Positions 45,076 through 53,703 of a DNA stretch of 64,000 nt are shown piece by piece (the first letter of the stretch is position 1; every line of letters starts with the position of its first letter). The stretch spans positions 800,001 through 864,000 of the forward strand of contig CAXXMD010000002.1 of NCBI GenBank assembly GCA_963675755.2, given 5' to 3'. This DNA comes from a bacterium. Its GTDB lineage: Bacteria > Zhuqueibacterota > Zhuqueibacteria > Residuimicrobiales > Krinioviventaceae. The position numbers were made by a program, and so were the translations under genes. The notes beneath the pieces are model-generated. The model ran no database searches and was not told the origin of the DNA. It saw only the letters and a list, made by a program, of their open reading frames with translations.

Positions 45076-46002
45076 CTATCGTGAAAAAAGAGGTCCTTCA
45101 GGTTTTTCAGGCCAGGGCAGGTTGTTTTTGTCGAGATAATTTTTAAGCTTAAAACCTAGCATTTTGTAAATCAATTTTGCAACTGCAAAAACAGAATTTA
45201 CATCATCATTTTGCAGGCTCAGTTCTACAATATCAAATCCTACTACTTTTTTATATTTGAAAATACTATAGAGAATTTCCATAATCTCATGCCACAAGAA
45301 ACCACCGGGTTCAGGTGTACCGGTACTTCGTATTACACTCCAGTCAAAAACATCAACATCCAGCGTTATGAAAACAGGATCAGGTAACTCTGCCAACGCT
45401 TTTTCAAGATCAAAACCCTCATAACGGATTTTATGCATGCTTATACATTGAATGTTGTTTTCTTTGACTATTTTAGCTTCAACAGCTTCCATACTACGTA
45501 TACCGAGTTGCAATGTATGAGTTGACATTTCTCGAATTCTTGACATAACAGAAGCATGGCTAAATTTACTGCCCATATATTGATCACGTAAATCTGAATG
45601 TGCATCGAGTTGTATACAGGTTAATTGTCCATAATGCTCTGTCAATGCTTTAAAATATCCTGAACTGATTGAATGATCACCACCAATAACGACAGTGAAT
45701 TTACCTTTTTCAATTAACGCTTTGGTTTCATTGTAAAGCACATCAAGCATTGCTGATGGTTCTGCAGGTATTACAGGTGTATCTATAGTAGTAATTCCCA
45801 TACGGTAAGGTTCAGCATCAATAACTTCATCATATAATTCAAGTTGAGAAGATGCTTCTAAAACGGCGTCGGGTGCTTTTGCTGTACCAACCCCATACGA
45901 AACACCTCCTTCGTATGGGAAAGGTAAAAGGGCAACAGCAGAATTTTCAAAATCTGTAAATTCAGATTCAATATCGAGATATTGAATGGGGTTTAACTTC
46001 AT
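45076..46002 (-). CDS. speB: Agmatinase / ureohydrolase
   Basis: GGDHSI, LDAHSDLRD, LDVDVFD, TGTPEPGG, DIVEL. Confidence 0.9.
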   Translation of the reverse strand: MKLNPIQYLDIESEFTDFENSAVALLPFPYEGGVSYGVGTAKAPDAVLEASSQLELYDEVIDAEPYRMGITTIDTPVIPAEPSAMLDVLYNETKALIEKGKFTVVIGGDHSISSGYFKALTEHYGQLTCIQLDAHSDLRDQYMGSKFSHASVMSRIREMSTHTLQLGIRSMEAVEAKIVKENNIQCISMHKIRYEGFDLEKALAELPDPVFITLDVDVFDWSVIRSTGTPEPGGFLWHEIMEILYSIFKYKKVVGFDIVELSLQNDDVNSVFAVAKLIYKMLGFKLKNYLDKNNLPWPEKPEGPLFSR

Positions 46003-47090
46003 CTTGAGGTATCCAGCTTTTCTATAAATTGGGGTAATTGATTAATAATATTTTTAGGCTCTTTATTATCACATAAATCATAAACATAAAAAGCCAGTAA
46101 TGGAAAAATGATACTGTAATCCCCCCAAATCTGTACAAGCTTGTCCTGATCAGCAGAATGATACTTGCCCCATGTTACAGCCTCACCAAAAGTACAACCA
46201 GAAAGACTGCCTTCTCTTTCCAATGCAGTTCCAATCTGTAATCCTCTATCAGCACCTTCAAAGTCAATAGAAAGAATCTGACTTATTGTTGGGCCGGTTT
46301 GCTGTATAAAGTTTTTAGGGCCTCCACCTCCCAGCTCTACAAAACCAGTTGCCGGAGATGAATAAGCTATTGCCGCGGAATCAAAAACATCTTTTTGACC
46401 AGACAACCTTACAGGGTAACCTTCTCTGTCAGTTCTGGCAAGATTCATTGCTATAGAATGATTTGATAAAGAATCCCAAAATATCGGGACTCCTAAACGT
46501 GCCGCAGTAGCAGTAAAACTCAATTCAGGATGAGGAGCATTCTCAAGCACCCACATACCAAGATGATAATTAAACTCCCAGCTTGACATTACTTTATTTT
46601 CAAGCTCATCATATTTTTCAATAATAAATTTTCTTATTATTTCATCCTGAGCTTCAAGTGTTTCTTTTTCACGGATACCAATATCATAAATACGGGTATC
46701 GCCATATTGACGAAGTATATCATCGTCCCAATCTGGATTAATAGATTTAACAGGCAAACTGAATGCAAAATGTAAATCATGGTAAACCTGTGCTCCGGTA
46801 GAACAAATAACATCTATATATCCGGATTCGAGTAAAGATATGACCATACCACCCATACCGCCGGCAATTCCTGCTCCAGCTATACCCAGCCAAATCACAT
46901 CATTATCATTGATCATTCGTTTATAAAGATCAGCACCTCTAAAAACATTTCGGGCTTCAAAACTGGTTTCCCCCATAAATTTGACCAACTGGGGTATACT
47001 TGAATTTTGTTTAATTTTATTTGGAACAAGATTTGGGAAATCGTGAAACATGGATTTATAATGAGTCATATCTTCTCTTTTCTCAGTCAA
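45999..47090 (-). CDS. Deoxyhypusine synthase-like protein (bacterial, probably polyamine synthesis)
   Basis: STGAQVYHD, TRIYD, GGGGPKNF, GSLSGCTFGEAVTWGK (catalytic Lys motif), GDYSIIFPL. Confidence 0.88.
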   Translation of the reverse strand: MTEKREDMTHYKSMFHDFPNLVPNKIKQNSSIPQLVKFMGETSFEARNVFRGADLYKRMINDNDVIWLGIAGAGIAGGMGGMVISLLESGYIDVICSTGAQVYHDLHFAFSLPVKSINPDWDDDILRQYGDTRIYDIGIREKETLEAQDEIIRKFIIEKYDELENKVMSSWEFNYHLGMWVLENAPHPELSFTATAARLGVPIFWDSLSNHSIAMNLARTDREGYPVRLSGQKDVFDSAAIAYSSPATGFVELGGGGPKNFIQQTGPTISQILSIDFEGADRGLQIGTALEREGSLSGCTFGEAVTWGKYHSADQDKLVQIWGDYSIIFPLLAFYVYDLCDNKEPKNIINQLPQFIEKLDTSR

Positions 47091-47637
47091 GTAACATTAC
47101 AGCACATGATACAACGGTTGTATACAGACCATCTTTATGGCCCTTTGCAGATTTGGCAATACTACGACTAACAAATTGTTTCTGTCCTACAATGTACAAT
47201 TCTCTTCTCTCATCCCAGGCAGCGTCAGGATCAAGTTCTACACCCAAAGTAGATGCAAGCATAGTGGCGGCAAGGTCTTCAGCAAAATCACCAGATGTCT
47301 TGGCAGATTCCCCAAAAGCATGGTGTTCACTGATATACCCATACTGTTTTTTATCTTTGGGTTGAGCAAGACCAATAGCAGCAGAAAGTAGACGGTTTGG
47401 CTCGTTTGTGCATTCTCTTGCCAGCACGACAAATGTTATTTGTCCAGCCCTCAAACTATCCATTCCTTCTTTCTTGGTAATTATTTTACAGGCAGGGGGA
47501 AAAATACTGGATACCTGCACAAGGTTACATTTTTCAATTCCTGCATCACGCAATGCAAGTTCAAAGCTTTGCAGTTTGTTTTTATGATAACCTACACCTT
47601 TGGTGAAAAACATACGCTTGGGAATAAAATTGTTCAA
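47083..47637 (-). CDS. pdaD: Pyruvoyl-dependent arginine decarboxylase
   Basis: FFTKGVG, LQSFELALRDAGI, NLVQVSSIFP (Ser-Ser cleavage site), YGYISEHH, AEDLAATMLASTLG; TTG start after AAGGAG. Confidence 0.92.
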   Translation of the reverse strand: MNNFIPKRMFFTKGVGYHKNKLQSFELALRDAGIEKCNLVQVSSIFPPACKIITKKEGMDSLRAGQITFVVLARECTNEPNRLLSAAIGLAQPKDKKQYGYISEHHAFGESAKTSGDFAEDLAATMLASTLGVELDPDAAWDERRELYIVGQKQFVSRSIAKSAKGHKDGLYTTVVSCAVMLLD

Positions 47638-47747
47638 CTCGTTTCTCCTTAATAAAGATTTAATAAATAAAAAGGAAAAAAATTAATGATATAATTTTTC
47701 TTTTGCAACAATTATTTTTCAATCAGTTTTCATGACAAAATGCATTA

Positions 47748-49163
47748 TCAATTTTGTATTCGTATAAATTCAATACGTCGATTTAGCGCTCTGCCTTCCT
47801 CGGTTGAATTGGTTGCAATAGGTTTATCGGGACCAAAGCCTACGGTTTCAATTCGTTCAGTACCAATACCTTTGAAAACGAGATAACTTTTAACAGATTC
47901 AGCTCGCATACCGGATAAACGTATATTTAAATCTCTTGAACCGGTATTATCAGTATGGCCACGTACCTGAACAGACATTTCAGGATAATCTACCAGTGTT
48001 CGATATACAGCGTCAAGTACCACTTTAGCATTATCTGATAATTCAGCGCTACCGGATTTAAAGGTAACACCTTTTAGTATGATTGGTGCTTTTGTTTCAA
48101 TCATGACTTCGGGTTTTTTATCGGGACAACCATCATTGTCTTCAAAACCATTAACTGTTTCTGCTTCATTCGGACACTTATCTAAATTATCCGGGATTCC
48201 ATCTTTATCATTATCAGGATCAGGGCATCCATCTTCATCCTGAAATCCATCTTTATCTTCAGCTTTTAACGGACATTTATCATTTTTATCTAGAATACCA
48301 TCATTGTCATTATCCGGATCGGGTATACCATCATTATCCTGAAAACCATCCAAGTCTTCAGGATCATTGGGAGCTTTATCTAAAGCATCTGCAATTCCAT
48401 CTCCATCATTATCATAATCCGGACATCCATCTTCATCCTGAAATCCATCAAAATCTTCTGGAACTCCCGGGCATTCATCCAGCTTGTCTTCTATACCATC
48501 ATTATCCGTATCTTTCCAGCCACCAAAGTAAAAATTAAGGCCAAATCGTGCTTCAATATTTCCTGTTTGCACATCACCAAAACCAGACATATCTTTATTC
48601 TGAGCAAAGAGCTGCTGATATCTTAGAGAAAAATCAAAAGCAAAATTCTCACCAACAAAAAACTCTGATCCTGCCCCTATATTTAACAGGGCATTTTTTT
48701 GCATTCCTGATATTTTTTCACCTTTGGGTGTTATAGGAATAACTGAATCATTGTTGCTGATATTGCGTAAATCCCAAAAAAGAATACCAAAACCACCAAT
48801 GAAATAAGGATTAATGGCTTTATCTGGTAATAAATTATATTTCATGTTAACCGTAACCGGGTATAAATATGTTCGAAACGGGCTACCTGGTTTTACAAGA
48901 ACATATTTCCCCAATCCGGATTTTGAATCATCAAAGGATCTGTCCCAACCAAACGCCAAGTCTACATTGATTCCATATTTGGGATTGATTGTATAACCGG
49001 CATTTAATCCAAACCATGGACTTGCCATACTATCATCCTGTTCACCACCAACAAGTTTTGTAACACTACCAAAAACACCGAATTGCACTTTACCCGTGCT
49101 TTGTTCACTAAAAACTAAACCCGCCATACACAACAAAACAATCACAACATTGTAGCGTTTCAT
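47748..49163 (-). CDS. OmpA-family protein: beta-barrel + thrombospondin type 3 repeats + OmpA_C peptidoglycan-binding domain
   Basis: Signal peptide (ATG 49163); barrel ending ARFGLNFYFG; DxDxDG repeats; VTFKSGSA, RGHTDNTG, NIRLSGMRAESV, GRALNRRIEF. Confidence 0.9.
   Translation of the reverse strand: MKRYNVVIVLLCMAGLVFSEQSTGKVQFGVFGSVTKLVGGEQDDSMASPWFGLNAGYTINPKYGINVDLAFGWDRSFDDSKSGLGKYVLVKPGSPFRTYLYPVTVNMKYNLLPDKAINPYFIGGFGILFWDLRNISNNDSVIPITPKGEKISGMQKNALLNIGAGSEFFVGENFAFDFSLRYQQLFAQNKDMSGFGDVQTGNIEARFGLNFYFGGWKDTDNDGIEDKLDECPGVPEDFDGFQDEDGCPDYDNDGDGIADALDKAPNDPEDLDGFQDNDGIPDPDNDNDGILDKNDKCPLKAEDKDGFQDEDGCPDPDNDKDGIPDNLDKCPNEAETVNGFEDNDGCPDKKPEVMIETKAPIILKGVTFKSGSAELSDNAKVVLDAVYRTLVDYPEMSVQVRGHTDNTGSRDLNIRLSGMRAESVKSYLVFKGIGTERIETVGFGPDKPIATNSTEEGRALNRRIEFIRIQN
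48120..48515 (-). repeat. Four tandem ~33-codon TSP3-like (Ca-binding) repeats
   Basis: DTDNDGIEDKLDECP..DFDGFQDEDGCP / DNDGDGIADALDKAP..DLDGFQDNDGIP / DNDNDGILDKNDKCP..DKDGFQDEDGCP / DNDKDGIPDNLDKCP..NGFEDNDGCP. The DNA ccatcttcatcctgaaatccatc occurs twice. Confidence 0.85.
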
Positions 49164-49304
49164 CTCACCCTCCCCGGTTTTCCGCCGGCACAAGCTTGTA
49201 GTTTTATTTAGACATCATAATTTGAAATAATTAACCCTTGAATAATTATATCAAGTTTATATACCAATATCAAGGGAAAAATTACAAAAATGAAATTGGA
49301 AAAA

Positions 49305-50138
49305 TTATGTTCCTTCATCTGGCATACCTTCTGGGGTAATAGCTTTATTGCGTAAACATGTAATAATTTCAGAGGCTATCTCTTCAATGGGCTTGTTTGT
49401 CACATTAATAATTTGCCAATTGGGGTGATGGCTGTATAAACGGTTGGCATATCTTAGTTCATTTTGTACATGTTGAAGTTGTGCATAACTGCCTGTTTTG
49501 CCGCCAAGATAGTCATCACGTGCTTTTCTTAATACGGATAAACGGGTAGCATCGGTTGTTAAACCAAATACCCGATCATTGGGTATATCAAATATTTCCT
49601 GAGGTAATGGTATATCAAGAACGATGGGTATATTGGAAACCATCCACCCCTTGAATGCCAAATAAATACTTAATGGCGTCTTAAAAGTTCTCGAAACACC
49701 CAATAAAACTATCTCAGCACGTTCTACTTGATTAATTCGCAATCCATCATCATGCCGAAATGCAAATTCCATTGCCTCAATACGTTTAAAATAAGATTTA
49801 TTCAATTCTCTGAACAGACCGGGTTTTCCAACGGGATTAATGTCCAATAATACTGTTAACTGGGCCAAAAGCGGTCCCATTAAATCAATGGTTTCAATAT
49901 TGAACAACTTTTTATTCTCTTCAATTATACTTCGTAACTCATCTGATACAACTGTATGAGCTATAAAGGCATTAGTTTGAGAGGCTTCTTTAAAAACAGC
50001 CAAAACTTCATCCTTGCATGTAACACCTGGTCTGGTATGTATCGTCACCCTGTCTTCTGTAAACTGGGTCAAGGCAGCGTTTAACATTTGTTCTGCGGTT
50101 TTACCTGTTCCATCAGATATAATGTAAATTGAATTCAT
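49305..50138 (-). CDS. PEP synthase / pyruvate,phosphate dikinase regulatory kinase-pyrophosphorylase (DUF299)
   Basis: IYIISDGTGKTAE, YFKRIEAMEFAFRHDDG, LLGVSRTFKTPLSIYLA, NIPIV, KPIEEIA. Confidence 0.9.
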   Translation of the reverse strand: MNSIYIISDGTGKTAEQMLNAALTQFTEDRVTIHTRPGVTCKDEVLAVFKEASQTNAFIAHTVVSDELRSIIEENKKLFNIETIDLMGPLLAQLTVLLDINPVGKPGLFRELNKSYFKRIEAMEFAFRHDDGLRINQVERAEIVLLGVSRTFKTPLSIYLAFKGWMVSNIPIVLDIPLPQEIFDIPNDRVFGLTTDATRLSVLRKARDDYLGGKTGSYAQLQHVQNELRYANRLYSHHPNWQIINVTNKPIEEIASEIITCLRNKAITPEGMPDEGT

Positions 50139-50263
50139 AATTCTTTTTCCTTTTTTGCCCTGTTTTGTTTATAGAACAACGTATTTGTCATTGCATATTT
50201 CTATATTTTTTGTTAATTTTTAAATAAATAACGCTAAACATAACGACAAGACAAGCAGAGATC

Positions 50264-51220
50264 ATGAGAATAGTAGTACTGGATGGATTTACAACAAACC
50301 CCGGCGATTTAAGCTGGGATGCATTGTACAAAATTGGCGAATGTCAGATTTATGAACGAACACCACGAGAACTGATCCTGGACAGAGTTAAAAGTGCCGA
50401 CATTGTTCTAACGAATAAAACCATATTGGATCGAGATACTTTGTACGCTATGGATAAATGCAAATATATTGGCGTTATGGCAACAGGTTACAATGTAGTC
50501 AATCTGGAAGCTGCTTCAGAAAAAGAAATTGTTGTCACAAATGTTCCAGCTTATTCTACCAAATCTGTTGCTCAAATGGTCTTTGCACATATATTGAATC
50601 ATACGCAACATGTTGCTGCTCATTCAGAATCCGTTTCATTTGGGAAATGGTCATCTAATAAAGACTTTTGTTACTGGGATTATCCATTAATCGAGCTTGC
50701 GGATAGAACAATTGGTATTGTTGGCTTGGGTAGAATTGGTAAACAGGTAGCTAAAATTGCCCATGCCATGGATATGCATGTATTGGCTTTTACAAAACCG
50801 AGTGAAAAAGAGATACCTGACTATATAACTATTACAAACAAATTGGATGACATTTTTATAAAAAGCGATTTTGTGACTCTGCACTGTCCCCTGACTAAAG
50901 AGACAGAAAATATAGTAAATGCAGATAGGTTAAGAATGATGCGACAAACATCATTTTTAATAAATACCAGTCGAGGTCCATTGATTGACGAAATAGCACT
51001 TACGGTAGCATTAAACAAAGGCTGGCTTGCAGGCGCAGGCTTGGATGTTCTTTCTGAAGAACCGCCAAGGCCTGAAAATCCATTGTTCAGCGCGCCCAAT
51101 TGTTATATAACACCTCATATTTCATGGGCTACACACTCTGCAAGGAAACGACTGTTAGACACGGTAATTAATAATATACAATTATATATTAAAGGTAACG
51201 TACAAAACCAGGTTAATTAA
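50264..51220 (+). CDS. D-2-hydroxyacid dehydrogenase (glycerate dehydrogenase/hydroxypyruvate reductase-like)
   Basis: IVVLDGFTTNPGDLSW, ATGYNVV, GIVGLGRIG, TLHCPLT, INTSRG, LDVLSEEP, TPHISW. Confidence 0.9.
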   Translation: MRIVVLDGFTTNPGDLSWDALYKIGECQIYERTPRELILDRVKSADIVLTNKTILDRDTLYAMDKCKYIGVMATGYNVVNLEAASEKEIVVTNVPAYSTKSVAQMVFAHILNHTQHVAAHSESVSFGKWSSNKDFCYWDYPLIELADRTIGIVGLGRIGKQVAKIAHAMDMHVLAFTKPSEKEIPDYITITNKLDDIFIKSDFVTLHCPLTKETENIVNADRLRMMRQTSFLINTSRGPLIDEIALTVALNKGWLAGAGLDVLSEEPPRPENPLFSAPNCYITPHISWATHSARKRLLDTVINNIQLYIKGNVQNQVN

Positions 51221-51748
51221 ATGCCCAAAACGAATACGATACTGGTGCATACATGCTGTGCACCTTGCGCTGCCCCTTCGGGAGAAAAATTGATGCTGGA
51301 AGGATATAAAGTCACTTTATTTTACAGCAATTCCAATATCTATCCACTGGAAGAATACGAAAAACGACTTGCAGAAGTCCGCAAACTTGCTTCAATCTGG
51401 GATATCCTGGTTGAAGAAGACATCTATGACCACAAAAAATGGCTCCACCATGTTAAAGGTTTGGAAAATGAGCCTGAAAAAGGCAGCCGATGCGCAAAGT
51501 GCTTTGAATTTAGCTTGCAAAGAACTGCTGAATTGGCTGACAGGCTTGACTTTACAGCTTTTACAACAACCCTCACCCTCAGTCCGCACAAAGTCTCAAA
51601 GATGATTTTTGAAATTGGCAAACAATATCCCAAGTATATACCGTTTGATTTTAAAAAAGAAAACGGATTCTTGAAAAGTTTGCAATTGTCAGAAAAATAT
51701 GATCTTTACAGACAAAATTATTGCGGATGTGAATTCAGCCTTCGTTAA
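51221..51748 (+). CDS. queH: Epoxyqueuosine reductase QueH (DUF208)
   Basis: LVHTCCAPC, NIYPLEEY.KR, EPEKGSRCAKC, TTTLTLSPHK, YRQNYCGCEFS. Confidence 0.92.
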   Translation: MPKTNTILVHTCCAPCAAPSGEKLMLEGYKVTLFYSNSNIYPLEEYEKRLAEVRKLASIWDILVEEDIYDHKKWLHHVKGLENEPEKGSRCAKCFEFSLQRTAELADRLDFTAFTTTLTLSPHKVSKMIFEIGKQYPKYIPFDFKKENGFLKSLQLSEKYDLYRQNYCGCEFSLR

Positions 51749-51884
51749 TTTAATCTCATCATTACTGTCGTAAAATTCAATTATTGTAATATTATACCTG
51801 AGTTTAAATAGTACAATATACCAGAAATATTTATATTTATATTGATGTTGTATGGATTGAGAAGCAATTAATATATATAATAAT

Positions 51885-52379
51885 ATGAAAAAAATAATAT
51901 CTACAATTTTATTACTTTTCTACTTTACCAGCAGCTTTGGTTTTGCTCAAATTAACCATATCTGCAGTATGGCATTATCTAATGGATCTGACCATTCTGA
52001 TACAAAATGCAATTGCCATGTGGTAAAATCTAATGAATCTGAATCCAACTCTGATCAAAGTTGCTGTTCAACAGAATCAAACCAAAATGCGCAGGAAGAA
52101 TCAAGCTGCTGTACTGTTGATAATACAGAAAATACCGACAATACACTAAATCAAACTCAAGATGGTGTAATACAAATTACATCAAACTGCTGTAGTTTTG
52201 AAATAAATGTAAAAAACAATGATAGTTTTACATTTCCCACAATTGAAAAGACTACTTGTGCACACCATTCAATTGATATTGCAATATCTGAAATTCAATT
52301 ATTTAATCAACAATTACCCGTATTAAATATTAACGCCTCTCCACTTATTTTTTCTATCAATCTTCCACTCTTGATTTAA
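51885..52379 (+). CDS. Exported Cys/His-rich small protein upstream of the metal efflux operon (HYC_CC_PP-like)
   Basis: Signal-like N-terminus, HIC, CNCH, three CC pairs; first gene of the cus-like cluster. Confidence 0.6.
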   Translation: MKKIISTILLLFYFTSSFGFAQINHICSMALSNGSDHSDTKCNCHVVKSNESESNSDQSCCSTESNQNAQEESSCCTVDNTENTDNTLNQTQDGVIQITSNCCSFEINVKNNDSFTFPTIEKTTCAHHSIDIAISEIQLFNQQLPVLNINASPLIFSINLPLLI

Positions 52380-52456
52380 AATCAAGGCATCAGTCCGTCC
52401 GGACTGTTATTTCACTTAAAAAAAAGAACAATCCCATAACTGTAATGGAGAGTCTC

Positions 52457-53701
52457 ATGAAGACACTTTTAGTTATTTGGGTAGTTTGTTTCTATTCGTA
52501 TGCATATGCGGAAACAAATACGTTACAACAGTGGATTCAAACTGCTCTTGAAAACAATAGAGATGTATCAGTACAGGATTTAAAAGAACAAATGTCTGAA
52601 TTTGATGCTGATATAACCAGCGCACTTCCGGATCCTGTATTTATGACAGAGTTCAGAGGTATGCCCATAGATCCCATTGATCCCGGTCAAACCAGTGAAT
52701 GGATGTTTATGTTGCAGCAAACGTTTCCATTTCCCGGGAAATTGGGTAAAAATAAAGAAATTGCAAACATGAACGTAAAGATACAAAATCAGCAATATTT
52801 GGCAACAGAGAACCAAGTTGTTGCCATAGTTAAATCACTATATTATCAAAAAATTTACTTGCAGCAAAATATTAACATCTATAATGAAATAGATGAAATA
52901 TTAACATCATTGTTACAAGTAGCTGAGATAAAATATAAAAGTGGTATAATATCTCTTGTAGATATTAACAGATTCTACATTCAACAGGAAAAAAATCGTA
53001 ATAAAATAGTAGCATTGAATCAATTAAACAGCTCATTGGATTTAAAAATTAACAAAGTTTTGGGTAATCCTTTAAACACACAATTATCTCCATTAGCTGA
53101 GCCTGAAGAGTTGATGTATCCCCTTCCATCAAACACACAAATTGATTCAATTCTAACGAATAATAATCCTGATCTTGAATCAGCAGCTTTAAAAATACAA
53201 ACGGCTGAATTGGATTACAAATTATCAAAACTTGATAATTACCCGGATATTACAATTATGGGTGGCTATATGGCAATGTATAATATGCCGGACAGGCTTA
53301 TGGGAAGAATATCCATATCACTTCCTTTTATGCCGTGGTCATCAAAAAATACTAGAGCAAAAACTCAAAAAATACAATTATTGGTTGATCACAATATTAT
53401 TCAAAAAACAGATTTACTGGAAAAATTAAAAAGTGAATCTGGTGCCATTTTATTGAATTTAAAATCAATTAATAGTCAATACACAACATTTATGGACAAA
53501 ATATTACCAACAAGTAAACAAAATATAGATTTATTGATTACAGATTTTCAAACCAGTTCTGTTGATTATGCAGATTTATTGAAAAGCATCAATGAATATT
53601 TATCATTAAAAATTGAAAAAGAAAAACTTTTATTTGACTACAGAGTAAAGTTGGCAGAACTGGAAGTTATTACAGGTTCTCAATTAAATGAAAGGTTATA
53701 A
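52457..53701 (+). CDS. TolC-family outer-membrane efflux protein (CusC-like)
   Basis: ALENN, ALPDP, QTFPFPGKL, NNPDL, YPDITI, ISLPF; Met-rich; ATG 52457 after GGAG. Confidence 0.85.
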   Translation: MKTLLVIWVVCFYSYAYAETNTLQQWIQTALENNRDVSVQDLKEQMSEFDADITSALPDPVFMTEFRGMPIDPIDPGQTSEWMFMLQQTFPFPGKLGKNKEIANMNVKIQNQQYLATENQVVAIVKSLYYQKIYLQQNINIYNEIDEILTSLLQVAEIKYKSGIISLVDINRFYIQQEKNRNKIVALNQLNSSLDLKINKVLGNPLNTQLSPLAEPEELMYPLPSNTQIDSILTNNNPDLESAALKIQTAELDYKLSKLDNYPDITIMGGYMAMYNMPDRLMGRISISLPFMPWSSKNTRAKTQKIQLLVDHNIIQKTDLLEKLKSESGAILLNLKSINSQYTTFMDKILPTSKQNIDLLITDFQTSSVDYADLLKSINEYLSLKIEKEKLLFDYRVKLAELEVITGSQLNERL

Positions 53702-53703
53702 TC

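Noticed and set aside
45999-47090. eIF5A/EF-P hypusination system
   Set aside because: No eIF5A or efp nearby; the flanking arginine decarboxylase and agmatinase point to polyamine synthesis.
48120-48515. Possible CRISPR-like or mobile DNA repeat
   Set aside because: The repeats are degenerate, in frame and encode TSP3 motifs inside ompA; there are no unique spacers or cas genes.
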